From contig JBHLNF010000001.1 in assembly GCA_048937405.1 (NCBI GenBank), positions 720,785 to 784,784 of the forward strand: a stretch of 64,000 nucleotides of DNA, written 5' to 3'. The notes under the pieces are model-generated. The model was not told where the DNA came from, did no database searches, and saw only the letters and a list, made by a program, of their open reading frames with translations. Shown piece by piece: positions 26,703 through 36,783 of the stretch. The position numbers were made by a program, and so were the translations under genes. The DNA comes from Promethearchaeota archaeon. GTDB taxonomy: Archaea > Asgardarchaeota > Lokiarchaeia > Sigyniarchaeales > SOKP01. How positions within the stretch are numbered: the stretch's first letter is position 1; each line of letters opens with the position of its first letter.

Positions 26703-28187
26703 TTATGAGATTAATTTCTCAATAAGTTCGTCTCTTTGAAGTTCAGCGTTTCTTATTTTTTCTATTCTGTTTAAAAACGATGTGTACAATGAATCTTTTC
26801 TTGTACTTAAATTATTAATATTAAGTTTGATCTCTTTTCCAGATGGAGAACCTTGACTAATTCTTCTTTCTAAACAAAGATCTAAATTCTTTAATGTTTG
26901 AATTATTTTATCTGATATATTTACTTCCTTCTTTATCACATCAAAAATCGATTTCTCAATTTTTTCTCTATTTAGCATATCTTCTGGCTTTTCTATATTA
27001 TTTACTAAACGAGCAACAACTTCATGTGATTGTCTAAAAGGAATTTTATAATCTTGTACTAACAGTTCTGCTAAATCCAATGCTAGAATATAACTCTCAC
27101 CAATAGCACTTCTCATTTTCTCTTTATTAATCGATATTGTTGAAAATATACCTTTAAACATAGTAATTACGGAAAGTATCGTATTAATCGAACTTATTAA
27201 TTTTTTCTTTATATCCTGAAAATCCATAAAATAGCCTGTTGGAATTGCTTTAATAATCATTGCTGCATTAAACAGGTTTGAAACAACTTTTGTACTTCTA
27301 CTTCTTATTAATTCTACAGTATCTGGATTTTTTTTTTGCGGCATAACACTTGAAACAGAACAATATTCATCTGCTAATTCTATAAAGTTAAATTCTTTAG
27401 TTGCCCATATTATTAAATCTTCGGCAATTCTCGAAAATTGAATAGCCAGTAAAGATAGTCCCATTAATGTTTCATAAAGATAATCTTTTGAACTAATCGC
27501 ATCAATAGAATTATAAATTATTCCATCAAAACCTAATAATTCTGCCGTTCTTTCTCTATTAATATTAATACTTGTTCCACCTATAGCACATGCTCCTAAG
27601 GGATTTTTATTAATTCTATTATAAATCTCTTCTAATCTTTCTAGAGATCTTAAAATTTGTGCAATGTAATTATTTATATAATGAGAAAAAGTCCCTAATT
27701 GACCTCTCTGTAAATGAGTATATAATGGCATATATGAATTTATGTTATTTTTAGAAATATTTAGCAAAATATCAACAAGAGCGAATAATTCTTCGGAAAT
27801 CTTGTTTAATTCTTTCCTGATTTTTAATCTTAAATCAAGTGATACTTGATCATTTCTAGATCTGCCAGTATGAATTTTACCCCCTATTTCAATCCCAATT
27901 GCATCTATAACACTTTTTTCTATAAATGGATGTATATCTTCAAAACTCTCATCAATTTCAATCTGATTATTCTTTAACTTTTTCATTATATCTTCAAGGA
28001 CAATTAAGATTTTCCTTATTTCACTTTCGTCAAGGATTTTTTGTTCAAATAGCATAATAGTATGAACTTGAGTACCAATAATATCTTCTTCAGCAATCCA
28101 AAAGTCTTCCTTTAAAGATGAGATAAACTTAAGTGCATTGTCGTTAAGAGGGATATCCAATCCTGTCCTATATAAATTTTTTCTCAT
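26703..28187 (-). CDS. argH: Argininosuccinate lyase
   Basis: EDIH, HTGRSRNDQ, MPLYTHLQ, SSVMPQKKNPD, PFRQSH. Confidence 0.97.
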   Translation of the reverse strand: MRKNLYRTGLDIPLNDNALKFISSLKEDFWIAEEDIIGTQVHTIMLFEQKILDESEIRKILIVLEDIMKKLKNNQIEIDESFEDIHPFIEKSVIDAIGIEIGGKIHTGRSRNDQVSLDLRLKIRKELNKISEELFALVDILLNISKNNINSYMPLYTHLQRGQLGTFSHYINNYIAQILRSLERLEEIYNRINKNPLGACAIGGTSININRERTAELLGFDGIIYNSIDAISSKDYLYETLMGLSLLAIQFSRIAEDLIIWATKEFNFIELADEYCSVSSVMPQKKNPDTVELIRSRSTKVVSNLFNAAMIIKAIPTGYFMDFQDIKKKLISSINTILSVITMFKGIFSTISINKEKMRSAIGESYILALDLAELLVQDYKIPFRQSHEVVARLVNNIEKPEDMLNREKIEKSIFDVIKKEVNISDKIIQTLKNLDLCLERRISQGSPSGKEIKLNINNLSTRKDSLYTSFLNRIEKIRNAELQRDELIEKLIS

Positions 28188-28347
28188 TTTAGATCTCTAA
28201 AATTTTATATTAAATTATTAAAATACGGTTAGATGTTAAAATTTTTTCCCTAAAAAAGATAAATGATACATTCAATTAAAATAAAAAATTCTATAACATG
28301 ATACCTAACATATCTTAAACTTATCATTTGAAATAAATTTCTTAATT

Positions 28348-29187
28348 ATGAAGACAAAAGTATATATACTTAAAAAAAAATCCGAAGAAACCACTCAGGT
28401 GGCAGTGGTACGTATCCTTAAAATGATTCCTTTAAAAAGAATCATCTCATCCTCAGAAACAAAAATCTTAATAAATCCCAATTGGGTAATTTCTGATCAT
28501 TACAATACAGGAAATATAACATCTACAGAAACGTTAGAAGGGATTGTTATATATCTCATTCAAGAAGTAAAAATAAGTCCTGAAAAAATTATTGTTGCTG
28601 ATGGAGGATCGTTCGGTTTAACTGAGAAATTTTTCAAATTAAATGATATTTTTCATTTAAAAAATTATGGAATTGAAATTATGAATTTAAATGATGATGA
28701 AATTGTGAAAGAAGTTAAAGTACCTAACTCATTGTCATTAAAAACTGTAAATCTAGCAAAAACAGCGTTAGAATCAAGTTGCATAATCTCTGTTCCTTCT
28801 TTAAAAACACATAATTTAGCAACAACAACATTAAGTATGAAGAATATGATGGGAACAATTATGCCTAAAAGTATTATGCATTCAAATATCCATAAAAAAA
28901 TTGCAGATTTAACTTCTGTATTGCGATCCAAAATGAAATTTCAAATTATTGATGGCATAGTTGGTTCAAATGGATCAGAATTAGGAGGCAAGCCCATTCA
29001 AATGGACGTGATTATTGCTGGAGAAGACCCCGTAGCCGTTGATAGGGTTGGAAGTGCAGTCATAGGATTTGGGCTAGATAAAGTAAAATATTTGAAATTT
29101 GGAGAACAAAAAGGACTTGGCACAGCAAACCTAAATGAAATTGAAATAGTAGGTAATTCAATAAACGAAGTATTTCACAAATTTTAA
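28348..29187 (+). CDS. DUF362 family protein
   Basis: ILINPNWV, IISVPSLKTH, TLSMKNMMG, IIDGIVG, DPVAVD. Confidence 0.85.
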   Translation: MKTKVYILKKKSEETTQVAVVRILKMIPLKRIISSSETKILINPNWVISDHYNTGNITSTETLEGIVIYLIQEVKISPEKIIVADGGSFGLTEKFFKLNDIFHLKNYGIEIMNLNDDEIVKEVKVPNSLSLKTVNLAKTALESSCIISVPSLKTHNLATTTLSMKNMMGTIMPKSIMHSNIHKKIADLTSVLRSKMKFQIIDGIVGSNGSELGGKPIQMDVIIAGEDPVAVDRVGSAVIGFGLDKVKYLKFGEQKGLGTANLNEIEIVGNSINEVFHKF

Positions 29188-29277
29188 ATTAATTTTAACC
29201 TGACCTTCTAGTTCTTATATGATATTATTTTAGTTTTATGAAATATTATAGAAATTTAGTTAATTATTAGAATAATC

Positions 29278-30333
29278 TTGATAAAATTGAGGATTGTAGA
29301 TTTACGTTCTGATACTGTTACAAAACCATCTCCTGAAATGTGGGAAGCATTACGATCACTTAATAATTCAAATTTAGGAGATGATGTTGAAGGAGAAGAT
29401 CCAACTGTAAATGAATTAGAAAAAAAAGCTGCTAAAATAATAGGAAAGGAAGCCGCATTATTAGTAACTTCCGGTACTCAAGGAAATCTTATTTCCTTGT
29501 TATCTCAGACTCAACCAGGAGATCAAATTATGGTGGAAGAACTTAGCCATATTTTTGGACATGAAGTTGGAAGTGCCGCTAGAATTGGAGGACTTCTTGT
29601 TTATGCTTTTCCTTCTAACAAGGGTATACCAGATTTAGTTAAACTCCAAGAAATGGTCACTAATCGAGAAGATATCCATGAAGCTCCTACAAGGTTACTC
29701 TGTGCTGAAAACACTCATAATTTTCATGGTGGTGTTATAATTTATCCAGATGAATTACTTAAAATGAGGGAGTTTGCTATTAAAAATGATTTAAAAATTC
29801 ATCTTGACGGTGCTAGAATTTTTAATGCTTCTGTAGGTGCTAATAAACCAGTTACAAGTTTCACTAAACATGTCGATAGTGTTATGTTTTGTTTATCAAA
29901 AGGTCTTTCATGTCCTATTGGCTCCATTGTTGCTGGTTCTTATGACTTTATTAGAAAAGCTAGAAAATTTCGTAAAATTTTAGGAGGTGCTATGCGACAA
30001 GCTGGAATTATTGCATCATTTGGCTTGGTCGCTCTAGAAACAAAGTGGATAAATCGTTTAGTCGAAGATCATAAAAATGCTAAAATGCTGGCAGAAGGAA
30101 TGAAAGGATATAATTTACCTATTGAAGTTCAAATTCCAGAGACAAATATTTTTTGGGTTAAGTTCCCAGAAAACGCTCCTATGGAAAAACTTATGGATAA
30201 TCTTTATGAAAATGGAATTAAAGTATTCAGTTTTAACTTTAAAATTCGATTTGTTACACATTATGGAATAAATGAGGATGATATTCAATTTAGTATAGAC
30301 ATTATTGAAAAAGTATTAAAGAAGTATTTATAG
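29278..30333 (+). CDS. ltaE: Low-specificity L-threonine aldolase
   Basis: DLRSDTVT, GDDV..EDPT, SGTQGN, ENTHN, HLDGARIFNA, CLSKGL, GGAMRQAG. Confidence 0.93.
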   Translation: MIKLRIVDLRSDTVTKPSPEMWEALRSLNNSNLGDDVEGEDPTVNELEKKAAKIIGKEAALLVTSGTQGNLISLLSQTQPGDQIMVEELSHIFGHEVGSAARIGGLLVYAFPSNKGIPDLVKLQEMVTNREDIHEAPTRLLCAENTHNFHGGVIIYPDELLKMREFAIKNDLKIHLDGARIFNASVGANKPVTSFTKHVDSVMFCLSKGLSCPIGSIVAGSYDFIRKARKFRKILGGAMRQAGIIASFGLVALETKWINRLVEDHKNAKMLAEGMKGYNLPIEVQIPETNIFWVKFPENAPMEKLMDNLYENGIKVFSFNFKIRFVTHYGINEDDIQFSIDIIEKVLKKYL

Positions 30334-30370
30334 CTCCTACTCTAAAAAAAAAATTAAAAAAAATATTCTA

Positions 30371-30901
30371 TTAATCTTTACGTGACTTTAGATCACTTGC
30401 ATCATTTTCAATCAAATCATAATATTCAATATCATTTAAATTTCCACTAAGATTTTCATTCCAATGAACCTTTACAGGCATACCAATATATGTATCTTTA
30501 AATTCAACATCAGGATTTAATTCAATCATGAATGTAGTATCTGCTCCATCTTGACGGATTAGAACCATTGGTTTTTCTTTTACTTCATCTGTTTCAGGAT
30601 CTTTTAAATAAGCTATAGCAAAGGTAGAGACTTCTCCAGTCTCTCTTAAATCAACCCATTGATCAGGTTTCATTAAACATTTGCCACAAATAGATTTAGG
30701 TGGAAAAAATACTCTATTACATCCTGAACATTTTAAACCTACTAATTTCTTTTCTTTTAATTTATTCAAAAATGGTTGTAAGTGTGTAATATCAAACTTA
30801 AATTTATAATTTGATATATACCAACTACCTGGCATTCTTCTCGTCTCGACATAATCTTTTTTAATATAATCCAAAGATTTTCTTTGTGTTCGTTTTGACA
30901 T
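30371..30901 (-). CDS. DUF35 (Zn-ribbon + OB-fold) acyl-CoA-binding protein
   Basis: GLKCSGCNRVFFPPKSICGKC, IGMPVKVHW. Confidence 0.88.
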   Translation of the reverse strand: MSKRTQRKSLDYIKKDYVETRRMPGSWYISNYKFKFDITHLQPFLNKLKEKKLVGLKCSGCNRVFFPPKSICGKCLMKPDQWVDLRETGEVSTFAIAYLKDPETDEVKEKPMVLIRQDGADTTFMIELNPDVEFKDTYIGMPVKVHWNENLSGNLNDIEYYDLIENDASDLKSRKD

Positions 30902-30907
30902 TTCAAC

Positions 30908-32155
30908 TCACCTCCATTTCCTTTGCGGTTCATCTGACATAACAAACATTGTACATAAATTAAGAATTCCACCCCATCCATGACCAATTGCTGTATGAAC
31001 TGTTTTTGGAACTTGGTTACTTGCTTTACCCATTATTTGGAGTGCTGCTTCAGCAGGTCTTTCTAAAGCGGAGGCGCCTATCGCATTTGTTGAATTTACT
31101 CCTCCAGAACAACAAATTGGCAATTCACCATTTAATGAGGTCACACCATTCTCATACATTTCTGGTGCTGTAGTTTCTTCAAATAAACCTAATTTTTCAA
31201 CCCACATGAGTTCTTGGTTAGGAAATGGAGAATAAACTTCTGCGTAATCAATTTCTTTCCTTGGAAAAGAAATTCCTGCTTGGTTATATGCTAATTCAGA
31301 TGATTTCATTGCTTCAAATTGTTCAGAAGGATCTATTTGACCTGAACCACCACCAGAAATCCCTAAAATCGCTGTTTCATGTGCTATACTAGCTACACCA
31401 TTTACATATACTGGAATATCACACAATTCTTTAGCTTCTTCTTCAGTAGTAAACAAAACAGCACATGCACCATCTGATGCTGGACATACCATGCCATATC
31501 GTAAAGGATATGAAATGTAAGGTGTATCTAAGACTTCCTCAATTGTAAGATCAGGCATCTTAAGGTGTGCCCACCATGTTTTTGCAGCATTTCTTCTATT
31601 TTGTACAACCACTCTTGCTAAATCTTCTTCTGTTATTTTAGATTTATTCATATAATTGGTTGCTTGATATGAAGCCACTCCAATTGCAGCTCCTGCTGAT
31701 AGAATACGGCTTATTCGTTCATATGGCATACCCAATGAGTTAATACAAGTAATTTCACCATATGCTACACTAGCTAATCCTGTAGCAGTATCACCTTGAC
31801 TTTGTTGTTCAAAGCCTATAGCGAGAACCATATCCATACCTGGAAGACCCGCAGCTACAGAATAATAACCTGCAATTCCAACAGTACCACCTGTTGTACC
31901 ACCTGTAGTAACACGTATTAATGGTTTATGTTTAGCACCTAACCAATCTGTCATCCAAAGCTCAGGAATGTTTGCCCCCTCGAAAGCAGGCATATTACCT
32001 GTGACAAAACTATCAATATCTTTAAAATCTATACTTGGTACTTTCTTTAAACAATCCTCTATTGCTTCTCTCACTAACTCTGGCATATTTACATCCGATC
32101 TTTTTGATGCATGTTCACTAAATCCTGCTGAAACTATTGCTACTTGTCGACCCAT
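30908..32155 (-). CDS. Thiolase-superfamily protein, Ltp3-like (Cys-less)
   Basis: KRSDVNMPELVREAI, FEGANIPELW, KPLIRVTTGGTTGG, CPASDGACA, SGGVNSTNAIGAS. Start placed at ATG 32155. Confidence 0.85.
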   Translation of the reverse strand: MGRQVAIVSAGFSEHASKRSDVNMPELVREAIEDCLKKVPSIDFKDIDSFVTGNMPAFEGANIPELWMTDWLGAKHKPLIRVTTGGTTGGTVGIAGYYSVAAGLPGMDMVLAIGFEQQSQGDTATGLASVAYGEITCINSLGMPYERISRILSAGAAIGVASYQATNYMNKSKITEEDLARVVVQNRRNAAKTWWAHLKMPDLTIEEVLDTPYISYPLRYGMVCPASDGACAVLFTTEEEAKELCDIPVYVNGVASIAHETAILGISGGGSGQIDPSEQFEAMKSSELAYNQAGISFPRKEIDYAEVYSPFPNQELMWVEKLGLFEETTAPEMYENGVTSLNGELPICCSGGVNSTNAIGASALERPAEAALQIMGKASNQVPKTVHTAIGHGWGGILNLCTMFVMSDEPQRKWR

Positions 32156-32156
32156 T

Positions 32157-33299
32157 TTAATTATTCCCCTCCAACACATATAATATATTGTTTTGTGCAC
32201 ACATTCCAATTTGACCAGAAGCAATAGCTTTCTTTGCATCATTAACCTGATACCCATCTGCCTTTCCTTTAAGTTGTTTAGCTGCTTCAATGATTCTAAT
32301 TAATCCTGTAGCAAAGGGAGGATTTCCACCTATAGCACCCCCAGAGGGATTTATAGGCAATTCTCCTTTTATACTTGTATCTAGATTTGGGCCCTTACCT
32401 TTTTCTGCGAGATTTAACGCTTCTGTAAATATAAGCTCTTCATGTGCGTATGACTCAAAAAACTCAACAACATCTATTTCTTTTCTAGGATTCTTAATTC
32501 CTGCAGAATCAAAAGCCATTTTCCCCGCTAATTCCATTGATTTGCTATATGATAGATCTCTCTCCCCCAGATAATATGTGTCTTGACTATACCCTACTCC
32601 AGTAATCCAAACAGGATCTTCAGTTATTTTTAAAGCTTGTTTCTCTGGTGCTAATAATATAGCAGCAATACCATCACAGGGTTGTGCAACCATTAACTCA
32701 GTGACAGGATCAGAATAAATGTCTGAATCTAGTATATCTTTAATTGTGATATTTTCATTCTGAGCTTCTTTTAGAGCTAAAGGATTTTTACATGCATTCT
32801 TTCTATTTTTAACAGCTACTTTAGCAATATTCTCGGCATCAATGCCATATTTTTCCATATATGCTCTCATTTGGAATCCACCGGCAGTGATATCATTTAC
32901 ATACGCCATAGGTCTTTCCCAAGTTGGGTCTGTTTCGTATAATCTTGCAGAATGATATGGAAAGCATGATGCCATACTCCCTCCCCAAACGACAGCTAAT
33001 TTATGATTTCCTGATAATATCCTCATTAAACCATACAAAACAGCATAAGCACCATCCATTTCTACCTTACTTTCATCAACCAAATAACCTCCACCAACTT
33101 CAACGGTAAAACAATTTGATATTGTTCGACCCTCATAATAATCATTCGTACTAGATATAACAGTGGTAATATCTTTTTTCTTTAAACCTGCGCTATCAAT
33201 TGCTCCTCTTACCGCTTCAAATATCATATCATAACGACCATAATTTGCATCAGAATGTAATTTCACTTGATTATATCCTACGATCCCTACTTTTTGCAT
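32157..33299 (-). CDS. Thiolase-superfamily protein, Ltp4-like (Cys-less)
   Basis: DYYEGRTIS, ESKVEMDGAYA, INPSGGAIGGNPPFATGLIRI, GMCAQNN. Start placed at ATG 33299, after GAGGTG. Confidence 0.85.
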   Translation of the reverse strand: MQKVGIVGYNQVKLHSDANYGRYDMIFEAVRGAIDSAGLKKKDITTVISSTNDYYEGRTISNCFTVEVGGGYLVDESKVEMDGAYAVLYGLMRILSGNHKLAVVWGGSMASCFPYHSARLYETDPTWERPMAYVNDITAGGFQMRAYMEKYGIDAENIAKVAVKNRKNACKNPLALKEAQNENITIKDILDSDIYSDPVTELMVAQPCDGIAAILLAPEKQALKITEDPVWITGVGYSQDTYYLGERDLSYSKSMELAGKMAFDSAGIKNPRKEIDVVEFFESYAHEELIFTEALNLAEKGKGPNLDTSIKGELPINPSGGAIGGNPPFATGLIRIIEAAKQLKGKADGYQVNDAKKAIASGQIGMCAQNNILYVLEGNN

Positions 33300-33314
33300 A
33301 ATTATTATCACCTC

Positions 33315-33779
33315 TCATAATTTTGAAAATCCTTTTATATCTGAAGGATCTCCCTTAGTTTTTTCTTGCCATACAATTTTTAATTTCATTCCTATCTTCA
33401 CATCTTTTGGTTCAAGATCAAGCAAACGATAAACTATTGCGCTGTTACTTCCATCAATTTGAACCATCCCTATTATTTGAGGTTTTTTTACCTTTCGACT
33501 AGATCTATCACTAACCTTGTAATTAGTGACTGTATAGTTTTTTAAAACTCCAATATCTGTCAAATCAATCCAATCATCATTTAGAGATAGTTTTTCATTG
33601 CATTCTCCACAAATTTTTCGTGGTGGAACGAAAACATTTCCACACTTGGGACATTTATTTCCAATAATTTTCTTATTTTCAAGAGCATCATAGAATTTAT
33701 CCATGTATTGACCAACCCAAAAAGCAAATTCCGCTCTTACAGGTCCCTTATTAGTAATAATTACTTTATCTTTACTCAT
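33315..33779 (-). CDS. DUF35 (Zn-ribbon + OB-fold) protein
   Basis: GNKCPKCGNVFVPPRKICGEC, VKIGMKLKIVW. Confidence 0.88.
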   Translation of the reverse strand: MSKDKVIITNKGPVRAEFAFWVGQYMDKFYDALENKKIIGNKCPKCGNVFVPPRKICGECNEKLSLNDDWIDLTDIGVLKNYTVTNYKVSDRSSRKVKKPQIIGMVQIDGSNSAIVYRLLDLEPKDVKIGMKLKIVWQEKTKGDPSDIKGFSKL

Positions 33780-33970
33780 ATCAATTTTTCTAATTATTAA
33801 TTTCGATAATATTTTATTATGAATGAATTATATAAATAATTTTAAAAAGAATAAATTCTCAATATTTCTGACCTTGTAGTTGTTTTTCTTGATTTATTAT
33901 CTCTAAGAAAGAATAAAAACTTGAGATTAAAATCTATAATTTTAAATTGAATCTGATAAAACTATTTTTT

Positions 33971-35524
33971 ATGAGTGAGAGTATTTATGATAAAAGTAGA
34001 ATTGTCGATAGTTATCCCTTAATTGTTATAGGAGCAGGTCTTGGAGGTCTTGGTGCGGCGTGTCAACTTGCGCTTGCAGGGAAAAAAGTATTATTATTAG
34101 AAAAGCAAAATGTTCCTGGTGGATTTGCAACATCCTTCATAAGAGGCAGGTTTGAATTTGAAGGATCTTTACATGTTTTAAGTGAAATTGGAACTAATGA
34201 AAATAAAGGTAATTTATATATATTCCTGGAAAGATTAGGAATAGTTCCTGATAAACTTCAGTTTAAACAAATTCCAGAGTTTTATAGAAGTATATTTTTT
34301 GATGGCTATGATGTAACCATACCAATCGGCATAGAAGAATATGCTGAAAAACTGATTGAATTATTTCCTTCTGAAAAAGAAGGAATTATAAAATTTGTAG
34401 ATATGTGTCAAAAGGTTTTAGATGGTATTGAATATGTAGCGAGAAGAAGAGGAAAATTTTCACCAGCAGAAATCCTTAAAGAGCATCCCTGGCTCATTCG
34501 TATTTCAGCTATAACATTACAGGAATTAATCGATAAATTCTTCACAAATAAACGTCTCATGTCAGTTATTGCTCAGTTATGGGGTGATTTAGGGTTACCT
34601 CCATCTAGAGTAAATGCGTATGCATACATAGCCATGCTAATTGGATTTTTAAAATGGGGTGCTGCTTTCCCAATAGGAAGATCGCATGCATTAACTACTG
34701 CTATGGTAAAAGCTCTTGAAGAATTAGGTGGGGAAATTAGATATAATGCTTTAGTTAATCGAATACTTGTTAAAAATAAAAGAATTTGTGGTGTAGAACT
34801 TTATAATGGTGATGTTTATCAATGTAATGCTGTAATTTCAAATGTCAATCCAATATGCACCACAATGAAAATGCTTCCCTCTGATCTTGTTCCTGATGAA
34901 TACAAAAAGCAAATATATGCTCCTGAAATCGGAACCTCAGCATTTTCAGTATATTTAGGATTAAATACATCCTATAAGGATTTGGGATTTAATACTCATG
35001 AGATATTTATAAATGGAACAGATGATTTAAATAAGGCGTATGAAGTATCAACTAAACTAGAACCTCCAAAATATATTATAGCTGCATGTTATAATCATGT
35101 TTATGAAGATATAAGCCCTCCAGGCACAACTCAACTTGTTCTTACTGCATTACAAATGGGAAAAATATGGCAAACAGTATCCCCTGATCAATATTTTAGC
35201 ATAAAAGACTATATTGCAGATAAAATGGTGGAATTAATCAAAAATACAATTTGTCCAAATATTCGTGAATATATAGAAGTAGCCGAAGTAGCGACACCAC
35301 TTACTTATTATCGATATTCAAAAAATATTGAAGGAGCTATACTTGGATATACCCAAGATTTATTAAATGGACCAACGCTTAGATTAAAAAGTCGAGGATC
35401 AATTCCTGGATTATATCAAAGTGGTGCTTGGACGAATTTTGGAGGTGGCTTTTCCACAAGTATTCTTAGCGGAAGGATTGCTGCAGGAATGTATTTAAAA
35501 GATGAAAAAGAAGGGAGGTGGTAA
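33971..35524 (+). CDS. Phytoene desaturase / retinol saturase-like FAD oxidoreductase
   Basis: IVIGAGLGGL, PGGFATSFIRGRFEFE, EVATPLT..RY, GLYQSGAW. Start placed at ATG 33971. Confidence 0.85.
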   Translation: MSESIYDKSRIVDSYPLIVIGAGLGGLGAACQLALAGKKVLLLEKQNVPGGFATSFIRGRFEFEGSLHVLSEIGTNENKGNLYIFLERLGIVPDKLQFKQIPEFYRSIFFDGYDVTIPIGIEEYAEKLIELFPSEKEGIIKFVDMCQKVLDGIEYVARRRGKFSPAEILKEHPWLIRISAITLQELIDKFFTNKRLMSVIAQLWGDLGLPPSRVNAYAYIAMLIGFLKWGAAFPIGRSHALTTAMVKALEELGGEIRYNALVNRILVKNKRICGVELYNGDVYQCNAVISNVNPICTTMKMLPSDLVPDEYKKQIYAPEIGTSAFSVYLGLNTSYKDLGFNTHEIFINGTDDLNKAYEVSTKLEPPKYIIAACYNHVYEDISPPGTTQLVLTALQMGKIWQTVSPDQYFSIKDYIADKMVELIKNTICPNIREYIEVAEVATPLTYYRYSKNIEGAILGYTQDLLNGPTLRLKSRGSIPGLYQSGAWTNFGGGFSTSILSGRIAAGMYLKDEKEGRW

Positions 35525-35542
35525 CAAATCGAAAATGAGATA

Positions 35543-36727
35543 ATGAATGATGTAAAGAAATATCAGAAGCTTGAAAAATTAAAAAAAATGCGAGATGAAA
35601 TTACCCAAATTCCTTGGTATTTTGATGGCCTTGAAAAATTATGTAATCGGATCCATCCCGAAATCCAATTATTACAGGTCACTGATATACAAAATCTTTC
35701 TAAGGATACTAAATTATTCCGTTTTGTTTCAGCTAGGCAACATACACCATTAGCACCATTTAGAGCAGGTCAATATATTGGTCTTACAGTGGAAATTAAT
35801 GGAGTAATAACATCTAGACCCTTTTCACTTGTTTCATCTCCTAATCAACTCGCATATTATGAAATAGGAGTAAAAAGAAAAAAGAATGGTTTTGTCAGTG
35901 TTTATTTATTTGACAATTTAAAAGTAGGAGATATATTAAAAGCAACAGAACCGTTAGGAGAATTGTATTATAATCGTATTTTTCATGGAAAAGATTTAGT
36001 TTTTATTGCTGGTGGTTCTGGAATTATGCCATTCATTTCTATATTGAGAGATATCTCTCAACGAAATGTAAGATTGAATATCTGGCTATTATTTGGTTGT
36101 GTATCTGAGGATGATATTTTATTTAAAGATGAACTTAAAGATTTAGTAAATAGACGATCTAATATCAAAGTTGAATATATTATTACAGAACCGAACCCAC
36201 ATTGGGAAGGAGAATGTGGATTTATTACTAGCGATAAAATTTTAAATCAGATAAAATCAATTGAAAATAAATTCTTTTATGTAGTTGGAAACCGTGCAAT
36301 GTATTCATTCATAAAAGAACAATTAAAAGAATTAAGAATCCTTCCACATCGAGTTTTATATGAATCCTATGGTGTGCCTGATGATGTTACAAAAATAATA
36401 GGATGGCCAAAAGATATTACTGCAGCAAATACTATAAAAATCACTATAGAATTCATGCAAAAAGGAGGGAAGGTTAAAAAGGTAATTGAAGCTCAATGTA
36501 TTGAACCTATATTAAATACCCTTGAAAGAGAAAAAGATCTAGATATACATATTAAAAATGGATGTCGTTCAGGAGTATGTGCTTGGTGTAGAACTAAGTT
36601 AGTCTCAGGGAATGTTTTTATGCTTCCAGAAGTTAAAATGAGGGAAATTGATCAAAACTATAGTTATATTCATCCATGTGTTTCATACCCATTAACTGAT
36701 ATTCATATTGATCTAACTTCAATCTAA
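35543..36727 (+). CDS. FNR-type FAD/NAD(P) reductase with a C-terminal 2Fe-2S ferredoxin domain
   Basis: FRAGQY, RPFSLVS, GFVS, FIAGGSGIMPF, CRSGVCAWC...HPC. Confidence 0.9.
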   Translation: MNDVKKYQKLEKLKKMRDEITQIPWYFDGLEKLCNRIHPEIQLLQVTDIQNLSKDTKLFRFVSARQHTPLAPFRAGQYIGLTVEINGVITSRPFSLVSSPNQLAYYEIGVKRKKNGFVSVYLFDNLKVGDILKATEPLGELYYNRIFHGKDLVFIAGGSGIMPFISILRDISQRNVRLNIWLLFGCVSEDDILFKDELKDLVNRRSNIKVEYIITEPNPHWEGECGFITSDKILNQIKSIENKFFYVVGNRAMYSFIKEQLKELRILPHRVLYESYGVPDDVTKIIGWPKDITAANTIKITIEFMQKGGKVKKVIEAQCIEPILNTLEREKDLDIHIKNGCRSGVCAWCRTKLVSGNVFMLPEVKMREIDQNYSYIHPCVSYPLTDIHIDLTSI

Positions 36728-36783
36728 TATCAAAAAATTGAAAAAAAAGAATTCAAAAGAATAATAAAAAAATTAGTTAAAAA

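Noticed and set aside
28188-28347. Search for an Arg-rich leader upstream of argH
   Set aside because: No Arg-codon cluster or comparable hairpin was seen.
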